From contig JANWLD010000001.1 of the NCBI GenBank assembly GCA_025451045.1, forward strand, positions 407,468 through 471,467: 64,000 nt of DNA, written 5' to 3'. This document shows, one piece after another, positions 18,664 through 28,882 of the stretch; within the stretch, counting starts at the first letter, position 1, and every line of letters begins with the position of its first letter. The position numbers and the translations under genes are program-made. This DNA comes from Candidatus Saccharimonadales bacterium (GTDB lineage: Bacteria; Patescibacteriota; Saccharimonadia; Saccharimonadales; 2-12-FULL-41-12). A model generated the notes under the pieces. The model did no database searches and had not been told where the DNA came from. It saw only the letters and a list, made by a program, of their open reading frames with translations.

Positions 18664-18957
18664 ATGAGTTCTCTGACTAGAGAAGATGTCTTAAAATTGG
18701 CTCAATTATCTAAAATAAAGCTTACTGACGAAGAAATTGATAAGTTTGTCAGCGAGCTGGATGCCATAGTCAAGTATGTAAAGCAGATTGACTCGGTTGA
18801 TGTAAGCGGGCTTCGGCCCACTGACCAAGTTACCGGACTTACTAATGTCATGCGGCCGGATGAAAAAATTGATTACGCTACATCACCGAAAGAGCTTTTG
18901 AAAAACGCTCCGGCACTGGAAAAAGACCAGATTAAAGTGAAGAGAATACTTAATTAG
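18664..18957 (+). CDS. gatC: Asp/Glu-tRNA amidotransferase subunit C
   Basis: 97-aa GatC-like sequence directly upstream of gatA. SD AGAAAGAGG. Confidence 0.9.
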   Translation: MSSLTREDVLKLAQLSKIKLTDEEIDKFVSELDAIVKYVKQIDSVDVSGLRPTDQVTGLTNVMRPDEKIDYATSPKELLKNAPALEKDQIKVKRILN

Positions 18958-18960
18958 CTA

Positions 18961-20391
18961 ATGACAGACTTAACCTGGAAATCTATTGCTGAGCTTGCCG
19001 AAGAAGTAAGATCAGGCAAAACCAAAGCGATTGATTTAGTAGGGAAATCTCTCAAGCTTATAGATAAAGGTAAAGCATATAAACCGATAATCGCTACGCT
19101 GGAAAAAGCGGCCAAGAAACGGGCAGAGGAGATTGACGCTAACATATCAAAAGGGAAAGATCCTGGCAGATTAGCCGGTGTACCTTTCATCGCTAAAGAT
19201 AATTTCTTGGTATTTGGCGCCGACACTACCGCGGCCAGCAATATCCTAAAAGGTTTTGACGCGCCATACCAGTCTACGGCTATTAATAAACTGGAAGCCG
19301 AGGGAGCAATTTGCGTAGCCAAGGCCAACCTAGACGCTTTCGCCCATGGCAGCAGTACCGAAAACAGTGACTTTTTCACAACATTGAATCCGCACGACAA
19401 GACCCGAGTGCCGGGCGGTAGTTCCGGCGGGTCGACTGTTGCCGTTGCCTTATCCATGGCGCCTTTTGCTTTGGGGACGGACACCGGCGGCTCAATACGC
19501 TTCCCGGCTTCGCTCTGCGGAGTTGTCGGCTATAAGCCGACTTACGGGTTAGTTAGCCGAAGCGGGGTGATAGCGATGGGCTCTAGCCTGGATGTGATTG
19601 GCCCGATAACCAATGATGTCAATGATGCCGCGCTGGTACTGGATGTTATGGCTGGCAAGGATCCGATGGATATGACCACAATTGACAAGCCGGAAGAACT
19701 TTCTGATTTAGCTGACAGGGGAATCAAAGGCTTGAAAATCGGCATAGTCAAAGAATATTTAAGCGATGGCCTGGATGAGAAAGTTCGCGAAGTTACAGAA
19801 AATACAATTGCAAGGCTCAAAGACGCCGGAGCTGTAGTAAATGAAGTTTCCCTGCCCAGCTCCAAACTGGCCTTGGCTTGTTACTACATCTTGTGTCCGG
19901 CTGAAGTCAGTAGCAACCTCAGCCGTTACGATGGCCAGCGCTACGGCTATAACTACAAAGATGCCAAAGATTTGGACGAAAGCTATACGCTCAGTCGAGA
20001 CGTCGGCTTTGGCGATGAAGCCAAACGCCGCATCATGATAGGCACTTACGTACTCAGCAGCGGTTATTATGACGCTTATTACAAAAAAGCTCAGCTGGTC
20101 AGAACGAAACTAATAAAAGAAACGGCCGCCGCACTGTCGGACAATGATATATTGGTTGGGCCGACTTCGCCGATGACCGCATTTAAAATCGGCCAAAACG
20201 TCGGCAACCCTTTGCAGATGTATATGACAGATGTTCTCACGGTCAGCGCCAATCTATCCGGGAACCCGGCCATCAGTCTGCCGGCGGGCAAAGACGGCAA
20301 CCTGCCAATCGGCTTGCAGGTAATCGGTAAACAGGCCGGTGACAAAGAACTGCTTGATATTTCCAAGTCAATTGAAAGGATTTTAAAATGA
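18961..20391 (+). CDS. gatA: Asp/Glu-tRNA amidotransferase subunit A
   Basis: Amidase signature GGSSGGS and GTDTGGSIR. Confidence 0.95.
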   Translation: MTDLTWKSIAELAEEVRSGKTKAIDLVGKSLKLIDKGKAYKPIIATLEKAAKKRAEEIDANISKGKDPGRLAGVPFIAKDNFLVFGADTTAASNILKGFDAPYQSTAINKLEAEGAICVAKANLDAFAHGSSTENSDFFTTLNPHDKTRVPGGSSGGSTVAVALSMAPFALGTDTGGSIRFPASLCGVVGYKPTYGLVSRSGVIAMGSSLDVIGPITNDVNDAALVLDVMAGKDPMDMTTIDKPEELSDLADRGIKGLKIGIVKEYLSDGLDEKVREVTENTIARLKDAGAVVNEVSLPSSKLALACYYILCPAEVSSNLSRYDGQRYGYNYKDAKDLDESYTLSRDVGFGDEAKRRIMIGTYVLSSGYYDAYYKKAQLVRTKLIKETAAALSDNDILVGPTSPMTAFKIGQNVGNPLQMYMTDVLTVSANLSGNPAISLPAGKDGNLPIGLQVIGKQAGDKELLDISKSIERILK

Positions 20392-20819
20392 CGATTGCTT
20401 CAGCCCATGTTACCCCTGAGGCTCTGGTAGGCGCTATCGGCGGTATTTTAATACTGGTGTTGGTGGGAGGATTTATTATTCACAGGATTGTCCGCCATCG
20501 GGTAAAGCCAAAGAAATTTCAAGCCCGCTGGCGCAAATTGCAGAAAAAACTGCCGGATCAGGAAAATTGGCTGGAGGCACTAACCGAGGCCGACAATTTG
20601 CTAGACAGGGCAATGAAGAAAAAGGGGATAAAAGGTGACAGCATGGGGGAGCGGCTAGTCAACGCACAGGAACAATTCAAGGAAAACGACGAAGTCTGGT
20701 TCGGCCATAAGCTGTGCAAGAAACATCAGGAAAACCCCGAATTGAAATTGAAAAAAAATGATGTGAAACAGGCGCTTATCGCTCTGCGCCAAGCGTTGAG
20801 GGACTTAGGAGCCATATAG
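20388..20819 (+). CDS. hypothetical single-pass membrane protein inserted between gatA and gatB
   Basis: One TM helix (GAIGGILILVLVGGFII) followed by a basic helical domain. Start and stop both overlap the neighbouring genes (ATGA, TAGTG). Confidence 0.6.
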   Translation: MTIASAHVTPEALVGAIGGILILVLVGGFIIHRIVRHRVKPKKFQARWRKLQKKLPDQENWLEALTEADNLLDRAMKKKGIKGDSMGERLVNAQEQFKENDEVWFGHKLCKKHQENPELKLKKNDVKQALIALRQALRDLGAI

Positions 20820-22255
20820 TGAGTCAATATTTGCCGACGATTGGTATTGAATGCCATGTCCAGCTAAAGACCAAGACCAAGCTGTTCGCAGCTGTTTCCA
20901 ATGACGCTCGCGGCGCGGCGCCTAACACGCTTATTAGCCATATTTGCCTCGGCATGCCCGGCGCTTTGCCTGCTTTGAATGAAAAGGCGGTTGAGTTGTC
21001 CTGCAAAGCCGGTTTCGCGCTCGGCGTATCACCGCAGAAATTTTCCAAGTTTGACCGCAAGCATTATTTTTATCCGGATTTACCCAAAGGATATCAAATA
21101 AGCCAGTTTTCAGACCCCGTTGTCATCGGTGGTCATGTTGACATTGAGGTTGGCGGCGAAAAGAAAAAAATCGGCATCGTCAGGGCTCATCTGGAAGAAG
21201 ACGCCGGTAAAACCACCCATCCGGCTGGAGCTGACTACAGTCTGGTTGATTTGAACCGGGCCGGTACGCCCCTGCTTGAAATCGTTTCCGAGCCCGAGAT
21301 CCATAGTGCGCACGAAGCTAAGGCTTATGCCCAGAAACTTTATCTGCTGATGAAATATGCCGATATCAGCGACGTTGATTTGTATCACGGCAATATGCGC
21401 TTTGACGTTAATGTCAGCCTTAGCAAAGATGCCAAAAAACTTGGTACAAGAAGCGAAACCAAGAACCTAAACAGCTTTAAAGCCGTAGAAAAAGCCGTTG
21501 AGTATGAGATAAAACGCCAGGCTGAACTGCTTGAATCCGGTAAAGAGATAGTGCAGGAAACCCGCGGCTGGGATGATGCCAAGCAAAAAACTACTTCACA
21601 GCGAGGCAAGGAAGAGGCGCATGATTACCGCTACTTCCCCGACCCGGATATTCCACCGCTTAATCTATCCGATGAATATATCGACAAAGTTAAAAAAGAT
21701 TTTGAGAAAAAGAATTTCTACACCATTCGGGAAAAACTGGAAAAAGCCGGACATTTATCAGACGACGACTTAGACACGCTGTTTAATAATCCGGAAGCTG
21801 TCGATTTCGCCGTAGCTGTCATTGAGGGTGAAGATGCGAAGCCGGGCCCGGTTTCTAAATTATTCGACTGGCTGATTAATGTCATCCCAAGTTTCATTGA
21901 AGACTTTTCAGCATTAACCGAGGATAAAATAGATGGTTTGCTAGCGTTGGCCAAAGCGGTAGATGAAGATAAGCTGGTTTCAACTAAAGCTAAAGATGGC
22001 GTGAAACAATTGTTTCACGATACCTCTTTTAACGTTGAAAAGTTCATTTCGGACAATCAGACGCTCAGCGACGAGGGGGAGATTGAGGCGATAGTCAAAA
22101 AAGTAATTGAGAATAATCAAAAAGCGGCCCAAGATGTAGCGAACGGAGAGACAAAAGCCATAGGCTTTTTAGTTGGCCAAGTAATGAAAGAATCAAAAGG
22201 CAAAGCCAACCCTCAACTAGCTCAAAAACTTATAACTAAGCGGTTACAGGGCTAA
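20819..22255 (+). CDS. gatB: Asp/Glu-tRNA amidotransferase subunit B
   Basis: N-terminus IGIECHVQL, FDRKHYFYPDLPKGYQISQ, and a C-terminal GatB/YqeY domain. Confidence 0.95.
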   Translation: MSQYLPTIGIECHVQLKTKTKLFAAVSNDARGAAPNTLISHICLGMPGALPALNEKAVELSCKAGFALGVSPQKFSKFDRKHYFYPDLPKGYQISQFSDPVVIGGHVDIEVGGEKKKIGIVRAHLEEDAGKTTHPAGADYSLVDLNRAGTPLLEIVSEPEIHSAHEAKAYAQKLYLLMKYADISDVDLYHGNMRFDVNVSLSKDAKKLGTRSETKNLNSFKAVEKAVEYEIKRQAELLESGKEIVQETRGWDDAKQKTTSQRGKEEAHDYRYFPDPDIPPLNLSDEYIDKVKKDFEKKNFYTIREKLEKAGHLSDDDLDTLFNNPEAVDFAVAVIEGEDAKPGPVSKLFDWLINVIPSFIEDFSALTEDKIDGLLALAKAVDEDKLVSTKAKDGVKQLFHDTSFNVEKFISDNQTLSDEGEIEAIVKKVIENNQKAAQDVANGETKAIGFLVGQVMKESKGKANPQLAQKLITKRLQG

Positions 22256-22787
22256 CTTCTGTCTGGTCGTGTGTTGCAAGAACACCGAGATCCACAGCTT
22301 GTTTTTCTAGGCCTTCTAAAACGTCATCAATAAATTGAAATGCTTCGGTCTTAGATGATATAGCCATCTGCTCTGGCCCACGTAAACTATCTGGAAATAA
22401 AGATACTCCTTTTGCGGAACACTCGTTCTCGTCCTCGTTATGTAGGAATCTAACAAGCCCTATATCAGCAATATAAAAGTTTTGATGATTAGTTTTTGTA
22501 ATAAGTCCTAATTCTTTTATCTCTTCGCCGCCAATGTAGGTGCGGCCAGCTCTTCCTGTAAGCTGGTATTGAGGTTCATAAGTTGAGTCAACCTGATTAC
22601 CCTGCGGGTTTAACCAAGCATCCATGCCGGCTTTATCTAGTGCCTCAAATATACTCACAGCCCGGGCATGCACCTGCTCGTGGGCTCTGAGCTCAGTAGT
22701 TGTATCTCGCGCTTCCCAGCTTTCGCTTTTACTCATTACTTCTACTCGGTTTTTACCGATTAATGTTTCAGGAAATTTTAGGGCCAT
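22236..22787 (-). CDS. hypothetical protein (183 aa)
   Basis: ORF converging on gatB with a 20-nt 3' overlap. It contains HEQVH (HExxH-like), but no family was recognised. Confidence 0.5.
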   Translation of the reverse strand: MALKFPETLIGKNRVEVMSKSESWEARDTTTELRAHEQVHARAVSIFEALDKAGMDAWLNPQGNQVDSTYEPQYQLTGRAGRTYIGGEEIKELGLITKTNHQNFYIADIGLVRFLHNEDENECSAKGVSLFPDSLRGPEQMAISSKTEAFQFIDDVLEGLEKQAVDLGVLATHDQTEVSPVTA

Positions 22788-22885
22788 CAGATAACTCCTT
22801 AGTTCAATCTATATTTTATTTATATCACTGTAATAATTTTTTGTCAATATATCTATATCCAAAACTCGCGTGGTAATATCTTTGT

Positions 22886-23782
22886 ATGGCGAAAGTACGA
22901 AAAGCAGTTATCGCGGCGGCCGGTTTTGGTACGCGTTTCTTGCCGCAGACCAAGGCGATGCCCAAAGAAATGTTGCCTCTGGTGGACAAGCCGATAATTC
23001 AATATATCGTTGAAGAGCTGGTTGATGCCGGAATTGAGGACATCATAATGGTTACCGGCTATCACAAGCGCTCGATTGAAGACCATTTCGACCAGATGAG
23101 CGCTGATTTGCGTGAAAATTTGATACAGGGTAACAAAACCGAACTTTTGGAACAAACTAAGAAGATTTCAGATCTGGCTAACTTCACCTATATTCGGCAG
23201 AAAGGGCCATATGGCAACGCTACGCCACTTATAAACGCTGAACATCTGGTAGAGGGTGAACCTTTCATCTTTGCTTTCGCCGACGACTTTGTCGGGGCCC
23301 AACCCAGTCGGTTTAAGCAATTGGTTGAAGCCCACGAAAAAAATAGCGGCAGTATCTTGACATGTGTCGAGACGGACAACGAGGCCGACTATAGCAAATA
23401 CGCTTTTGTTACTGGCGAGGATAGGGGCGGTATTATTGCGGTTGATCAGATTATTGAAAAACCGGGCAATTATGAAGCGGTAAAATCCAAAGTCGCCTCT
23501 GTCAGCGGCTATCTGTTCGAACCTGCGCTTTTTAAGTATCTGCACGAAGATTTAACCAAGCTGGAAAAAGGCCGGGAATTTATCATGCAGCCGGCTTTGA
23601 ACCGGATGGCAACTGACGGCTTGAATGTCTGGGGCTTGATTATTAAAAACGGAAAATTTTATGATACTGGCAACAAACTGGAGTATATGAAAACGGTGAT
23701 TGACTTCGCGCTGGAACGAGACGATATGAAAGATGAGGTATTAGCACATATCCGCAAAAAGGTTAACAATTCTCAAGGATAG
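22886..23782 (+). CDS. galU: UTP--glucose-1-phosphate uridylyltransferase
   Basis: N-terminus KAVIAAAGFGTRFLPQTKAMPKEMLPLVDKP. Confidence 0.9.
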   Translation: MAKVRKAVIAAAGFGTRFLPQTKAMPKEMLPLVDKPIIQYIVEELVDAGIEDIIMVTGYHKRSIEDHFDQMSADLRENLIQGNKTELLEQTKKISDLANFTYIRQKGPYGNATPLINAEHLVEGEPFIFAFADDFVGAQPSRFKQLVEAHEKNSGSILTCVETDNEADYSKYAFVTGEDRGGIIAVDQIIEKPGNYEAVKSKVASVSGYLFEPALFKYLHEDLTKLEKGREFIMQPALNRMATDGLNVWGLIIKNGKFYDTGNKLEYMKTVIDFALERDDMKDEVLAHIRKKVNNSQG

Positions 23783-23797
23783 GCTATAATCTAAAAT

Positions 23798-24082
23798 ATG
23801 GACACCGTGTGGTTTGAGGTACTGGTTGTCATCTTGTCTGTGATGCTGGCTTTATTTCTGTTGCTCTCAATCATCCTGCTAGTCCGACTTATCCAAATCG
23901 CTAACAAGACTAAGCGAATCGTCGAACACGCCGAAGAAGCGGTCGACAAAGTCGAAGAGATAGCATCGTTCTTTGAAAAAACCGCAACACCGATCGCATT
24001 GATGAAACTAGTCGCCAATATAAGCGAGAAGGTCACTAGTGCCGCGGACAATATTAATAAACGGAAAAAGGGTAAGAAATGA
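23798..24082 (+). CDS. small membrane protein (DUF948-like)
   Basis: N-terminal TM helix followed by a helical domain. The family call is tentative. Confidence 0.5.
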   Translation: MDTVWFEVLVVILSVMLALFLLLSIILLVRLIQIANKTKRIVEHAEEAVDKVEEIASFFEKTATPIALMKLVANISEKVTSAADNINKRKKGKK

Positions 24083-24477
24083 GAAAAGAAGGCAAATGGA
24101 TAATCGGCGCGTCCCTCGCGGCGGGTATAGGTTATGTTGCGGGTATTTTGACAGCCCCGCGCAGTGGTTGGCGTACACGAAAAAAGATTGCTAAATCAGC
24201 CAGTAAAGCTCGGATTGACGGAGAGAAACAATTGAAAAAACTTTATAGTGAGCTTAGCGTCCAGTTGGCTGAAGCTGAAAAAAAACTTCAAAGCGCCAAA
24301 AAAGGCGCGGATAAAGAGTTGAGAAAACAAGTTGAATCGGCAAAAAAAACCAAGGAAAAGACCAAACTCCTGCTTAGTGCCTTGCACGACGGCGATGCCG
24401 AAGACCCGGATCTTAAGAAAATGCTGGCTGAGGCCAAAAATGCCAAAGCCAATCTAGCCAAGTTTTACAAAAAATAA
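24079..24477 (+). CDS. YtxH domain-containing protein
   Basis: GASLAAGIGYVAGILTAPRSGWRTRKKI matches the YtxH N-terminal pattern. Lys/Ala-rich coiled tail. Confidence 0.65.
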   Translation: MRKEGKWIIGASLAAGIGYVAGILTAPRSGWRTRKKIAKSASKARIDGEKQLKKLYSELSVQLAEAEKKLQSAKKGADKELRKQVESAKKTKEKTKLLLSALHDGDAEDPDLKKMLAEAKNAKANLAKFYKK

Positions 24478-24494
24478 AGCGCCAGGCTGAAGAA

Positions 24495-25205
24495 ATGACG
24501 GATAAAGAGCAACATCCTAACTTTCATAGTACTAATCAGAGTTCCAGGCTCAATTGGCTGAGAGCGGCAGTACTAGGCGCCAATGACGGTATCGTATCAG
24601 TTGCCGGCTTGGTAGTCGGTGTGGCAAGCGCGACAGCTAACAAAGGGATAATCGCTACGGCCGGGCTAGCCGGTTTGATTGCCGGCGCGATGTCAATGGC
24701 CGCCGGTGAATATGTCTCGGTCAGTTCACAGCGAGATAGCGAAAAAGCCCTTTTGGCCTTGGAAAAGTATGAGTTAAAACATTTCCCCAAAGAAGAGCTT
24801 GCCGAACTCGAAAATATATACAAAAACAAAGGTTTGAGCAATAAAACGGCTAAACAGGTTGCGAAAGAGCTCACCCGTCACGATCCATTCCGGGCGCATG
24901 TCGAGGCGGAGCTGGGCATCAACCCCGATGAACTGACAAATCCTTGGCATGCGGCTTTGGCATCGGCCGCGGCCTTTACGGTCGGCGCGACTATCCCTCT
25001 GGTGATGATACTATTGCCGCCAGAATCAATCCGGATATGGATAACTTTCATTTCCGTGATTTTTGCGCTGATGGTGACAGGTTATCTGAGTGCAAGGGCC
25101 GGCCGCGCTAAAGCCCGGAAAGCTATGCTCAGAGTAGTTATTGGCGGTGCTCTGGCGATGTCTATTACCTATCTGATTGGCAGGATTTTTGGAGTTTCGG
25201 TCTGA
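24495..25205 (+). CDS. VIT1/CCC1-family iron/manganese transporter
   Basis: LRAAVLGANDGIVSVAGLVVGVA signature and a multi-TM C-terminus. Confidence 0.8.
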   Translation: MTDKEQHPNFHSTNQSSRLNWLRAAVLGANDGIVSVAGLVVGVASATANKGIIATAGLAGLIAGAMSMAAGEYVSVSSQRDSEKALLALEKYELKHFPKEELAELENIYKNKGLSNKTAKQVAKELTRHDPFRAHVEAELGINPDELTNPWHAALASAAAFTVGATIPLVMILLPPESIRIWITFISVIFALMVTGYLSARAGRAKARKAMLRVVIGGALAMSITYLIGRIFGVSV

Positions 25206-25287
25206 CACTTCACAACTTTTTAACAACAGCCAAAATCCATTGGTTTAGCTATAATTAAGTTTATAAGCAACGAGGTTCGAGGTTATC

Positions 25288-28200
25288 TTGTCAGGCAAGA
25301 AAGATTTAAACAAAAAGTCTAAAAAAAGCACAGCGGCCAAACTAAGTCCGTCTGACTTCGTGCACTTGCACAACCACACCCAATATTCCTTACTCGACGG
25401 GCTGACAAAAGTACCTAAGCTGATATCTCAGGTCAAGAACCTGGGGATGGAAGCAGTCGCCATGACTGACCACGGTACGCTTTCCGGAGCGATTGAGTTT
25501 TATACCAAAGCAACGGAAAACGGCATCAAACCGATTATTGGCATAGAGGCTTATATAGCCCCAAGGAAACACACCGAAAAAGATCCGGCCAAGGACAAAC
25601 AGTATTTTCATCTGACAATACTGGCGATGAACAACCAAGGCTACGGGAACCTGATGCGTCTTTCCACTATTTCCAACCTTGAAGGTTTTTATTACAAACC
25701 TCGGATTGACCGCGATCTGCTAAAGAAATATAACGAAGGGCTAATAATATTGTCTGGCTGTATCAACGGAGAGTTTAGTGACGCGTTGCGCCAAGGCCAG
25801 ATTGAGCAGGCCAAAAAAACCGCTCGCTGGTACAAAGAAACTTTTGGCGATCGGTATTACATAGAGATACAGGACCACGGCCATCCGCACCATACCAGCG
25901 CCTGGGACGAACAGATAAGAGTGACTGATCTGAGCTTTGAAATAGCCAAAACTTTGGATATCCCGACAGTAATTACCGGCGATGCGCATTATCTGACCGC
26001 TGACGACCAGGATGCCCATGAGATATTGCTCTGTGTCCAGACTGGTGCTTTTTTGGCCGATGAGGACAGGATGTCGTTGAAAGAATTCGAACTGTATGTT
26101 GCAGACCCGAAAGACATTATCAAACGCTGGGGCAAACAACATCCGGACTCCATAACCAATACCAAGGCTATTGCCGACCGTTGTGATGTCAAGATTAAAC
26201 TGGGCGAATATTTGATACCGAAGTTTCCGGTCCCAAAAAACGAAACCGAAAAAAGCTATCTTGAGCTCCTTACTTTTCAGGGATTGATTCAACGCTATTT
26301 GCCGGATGTTAAGGCCAAATCGGATGTAGCGGGTATGAAAAAGCAGCTTGATGATGAGATTCTCAAACGCGCTGAGTACGAACTTGGCGTAATAGAGAGT
26401 ATGGGCTTTGACGGTTATTTCTTGATAGTCCAGGATTTTATTAATTGGGGCAAAGACCAGGGCATTGTCTTTGGACCGGGCAGGGGAAGCGGCGCCGGTT
26501 CGATAGTTGCCTACGGTCTGCGCATAACCGAAATTGATCCCCTGAAATACGATTTACTATTTGAACGGTTTTTGAACCCGGACCGTATCAGCATGCCGGA
26601 TTTCGATATCGATATCCAAGACACCCGCCGCGATGAGGTCATAAAATACTGTGTTGAAAAATACGGCGAGGACAGGGTGGCCAACATCGTGACTTTCGGT
26701 ACCATGGCGGCTCGTAATGCCGTTCGCGATGTGGCTCGGGTTCTGCAAGTCCCTTACGCTGAAGCTGACCGGCTGGCCAAGATGATTCCCCCGCCAATCC
26801 AGGGGCGGCATATCCCGCTTTCCGAGTCTCTTAAGAACAATACCGATTTGAAGCGCGAATACAAAGACAGTGAAGACGCAAAAAAAGTGTTTGATTTGGC
26901 TATGGATTTGGAAGGCACTATCCGAAGCCATGGCGTGCACGCCGCCGGCGTGGTTATTGCGCCGGATGACATAGTCAAGTTCACGCCGCTCGAAAAAGCC
27001 CAGAAAGGCGTTATCGCTACCCAATATTCAATGGGACCGATAGAAAAAATCGGCTTGCTGAAAATGGACTTTTTAGGACTTTCCAACTTGACCATTATCA
27101 ACAATACGCAGCGGATAGTAAAAAGGGTTTACGACAAAGATATCGACATCAGCCAAATACCACTGGATGATGAAAAAACTTTCAAACTATTACAGCGTGG
27201 CGACACCACTGGTGTTTTCCAGCTGGAATCGGCTGGCATGAAACGTTATCTCAAAGATTTGAAGCCGACAATATTCGCTGACATCATCGCTATGGTGGCG
27301 CTGTATCGTCCCGGCCCGATGGCGGAATTTCCACGTTTCATCGCCGGAAAAAATAATCCCAGTTCCATATCTTATCCGCATCCTTCGCTGAAAGAAGTGT
27401 TGAAAGGCACTTACGGCGTGATTGTCTTTCAGGAGCAGATTATCGAACTACTTCAGCTGTTGGCCGGCTACATGCCCGGTGAAGCTGATCTGGTGCGTAA
27501 GGCTATCGGCAAGAAAGACAGAAGTATCATGGAAGCGGAAAAGCCGCGCTTCATCCAAGGTTGCGCGCGCAAGGGCCTAAGCAAAGCCGAGGCTGAGAAA
27601 ATCTGGACGTTAATCCAGCCATTTGCAGACTATTCATTCAACAAGGCCCATGCCGCTTGTTACGGCCTGATAGCTTATCAGACTGCTTATTTAAAGGCTA
27701 ATTTTCCCACCGCTTTTATGGCGGCGCTGATGACCAGCGACTATGATGACACCGACCGGCTAGCTATAGAGATTTCCGAATGCAAGGCTATGGGCATCGA
27801 GGTTTTGCCGCCCGATGTTAACCAATCGTTCGGTGAATTCGCGGTGATAAAGGAAAATAAAGACGAAAAGATACGTTTCGGAATGAATGCCATTAAGAAT
27901 GTCGGTACCGGTACGGTCGAAGAGATTGTCAATACACGGCAAACCTTGGGCGGCTTTGCAGATTTGGAGACTTTTCTTTCAAATACCAATTTAAGAGCGA
28001 TTAACCGCAAGACCTTGGAAAGCCTTGCCAAAGCCGGTGCACTGGACGGCTTTGCCACCCGCGAAACAGTTGTTGAAAACATCGACGGCATATTGGCTTT
28101 TGCCGGCCGTCGCCAGAAAGATATGCTCAGTGGCCAGACGGATTTGTTCGGGGCGAAGGGCGATAATAGCCAATTAAAAGTCAAGCTCAACCTAGCGCCG

Positions 28201-28881
28201 GCTACGCAAGAACTGACGCCTCGGCAAAAAGTAGCATGGGAACGCGAACTGTTGGGGATATATCTATCCAGCCATCCTTTAGCTGATTACGAAGACCTGT
28301 TAAACGAGAGGACAGTCAAGATAGCGGCTGTCTTAAATGAAAAAGATGATAAGCGGGTAACTATCGGCGGTTCAATAACCGATGTTCGTGAAATAACAAC
28401 CAAAAACGGCCGGCATATGGCTTTTGTAAAACTAGCTGATGCATCCGGCGATATCGAGCTGGTTATCTTTCCTGGGGTTATGGATTCTACCTCTGGGCTA
28501 TGGAAACGTGATTCAGTGCTGATTATAAACGGCAAGATTTCAAAAAAAGGCAGAAATGGGCAGGAAAGCGAGGCAAAAATTATTGTCGATAGCGCCGAAG
28601 AAATCAACTTGGACGACGCGGATAGAGCAATCAAGACAGCGTCTGATAAAAAGGCCGAAGCGCGGGTATATGTACGTATTCCTAATACCGAAGATCAAAA
28701 TGCCTTGGCAAAACTTAAAAATGCTATCGACAAAACACCGGGGCTAGTGCCGGTAGTGCTAGTAGTGGGTCCGGATGATGACAAGCAGGTTATAAAGATA
28801 CCGACACTGGTTGAACCCAGTGATGAATTTTTGAGCGAAACCAAAGAAATATTCGGCGAAGCCAGTATAAGATTCCAATAA
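25288..28881 (+). CDS. dnaE: DNA polymerase III subunit alpha
   Basis: PHP domain (FVHLHNHTQYSLLDG), polymerase core and OB fold; 1197 aa. TTG start with tandem GAGGT SD. Confidence 0.95.
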   Translation: MSGKKDLNKKSKKSTAAKLSPSDFVHLHNHTQYSLLDGLTKVPKLISQVKNLGMEAVAMTDHGTLSGAIEFYTKATENGIKPIIGIEAYIAPRKHTEKDPAKDKQYFHLTILAMNNQGYGNLMRLSTISNLEGFYYKPRIDRDLLKKYNEGLIILSGCINGEFSDALRQGQIEQAKKTARWYKETFGDRYYIEIQDHGHPHHTSAWDEQIRVTDLSFEIAKTLDIPTVITGDAHYLTADDQDAHEILLCVQTGAFLADEDRMSLKEFELYVADPKDIIKRWGKQHPDSITNTKAIADRCDVKIKLGEYLIPKFPVPKNETEKSYLELLTFQGLIQRYLPDVKAKSDVAGMKKQLDDEILKRAEYELGVIESMGFDGYFLIVQDFINWGKDQGIVFGPGRGSGAGSIVAYGLRITEIDPLKYDLLFERFLNPDRISMPDFDIDIQDTRRDEVIKYCVEKYGEDRVANIVTFGTMAARNAVRDVARVLQVPYAEADRLAKMIPPPIQGRHIPLSESLKNNTDLKREYKDSEDAKKVFDLAMDLEGTIRSHGVHAAGVVIAPDDIVKFTPLEKAQKGVIATQYSMGPIEKIGLLKMDFLGLSNLTIINNTQRIVKRVYDKDIDISQIPLDDEKTFKLLQRGDTTGVFQLESAGMKRYLKDLKPTIFADIIAMVALYRPGPMAEFPRFIAGKNNPSSISYPHPSLKEVLKGTYGVIVFQEQIIELLQLLAGYMPGEADLVRKAIGKKDRSIMEAEKPRFIQGCARKGLSKAEAEKIWTLIQPFADYSFNKAHAACYGLIAYQTAYLKANFPTAFMAALMTSDYDDTDRLAIEISECKAMGIEVLPPDVNQSFGEFAVIKENKDEKIRFGMNAIKNVGTGTVEEIVNTRQTLGGFADLETFLSNTNLRAINRKTLESLAKAGALDGFATRETVVENIDGILAFAGRRQKDMLSGQTDLFGAKGDNSQLKVKLNLAPATQELTPRQKVAWERELLGIYLSSHPLADYEDLLNERTVKIAAVLNEKDDKRVTIGGSITDVREITTKNGRHMAFVKLADASGDIELVIFPGVMDSTSGLWKRDSVLIINGKISKKGRNGQESEAKIIVDSAEEINLDDADRAIKTASDKKAEARVYVRIPNTEDQNALAKLKNAIDKTPGLVPVVLVVGPDDDKQVIKIPTLVEPSDEFLSETKEIFGEASIRFQ

Positions 28882-28882
28882 T

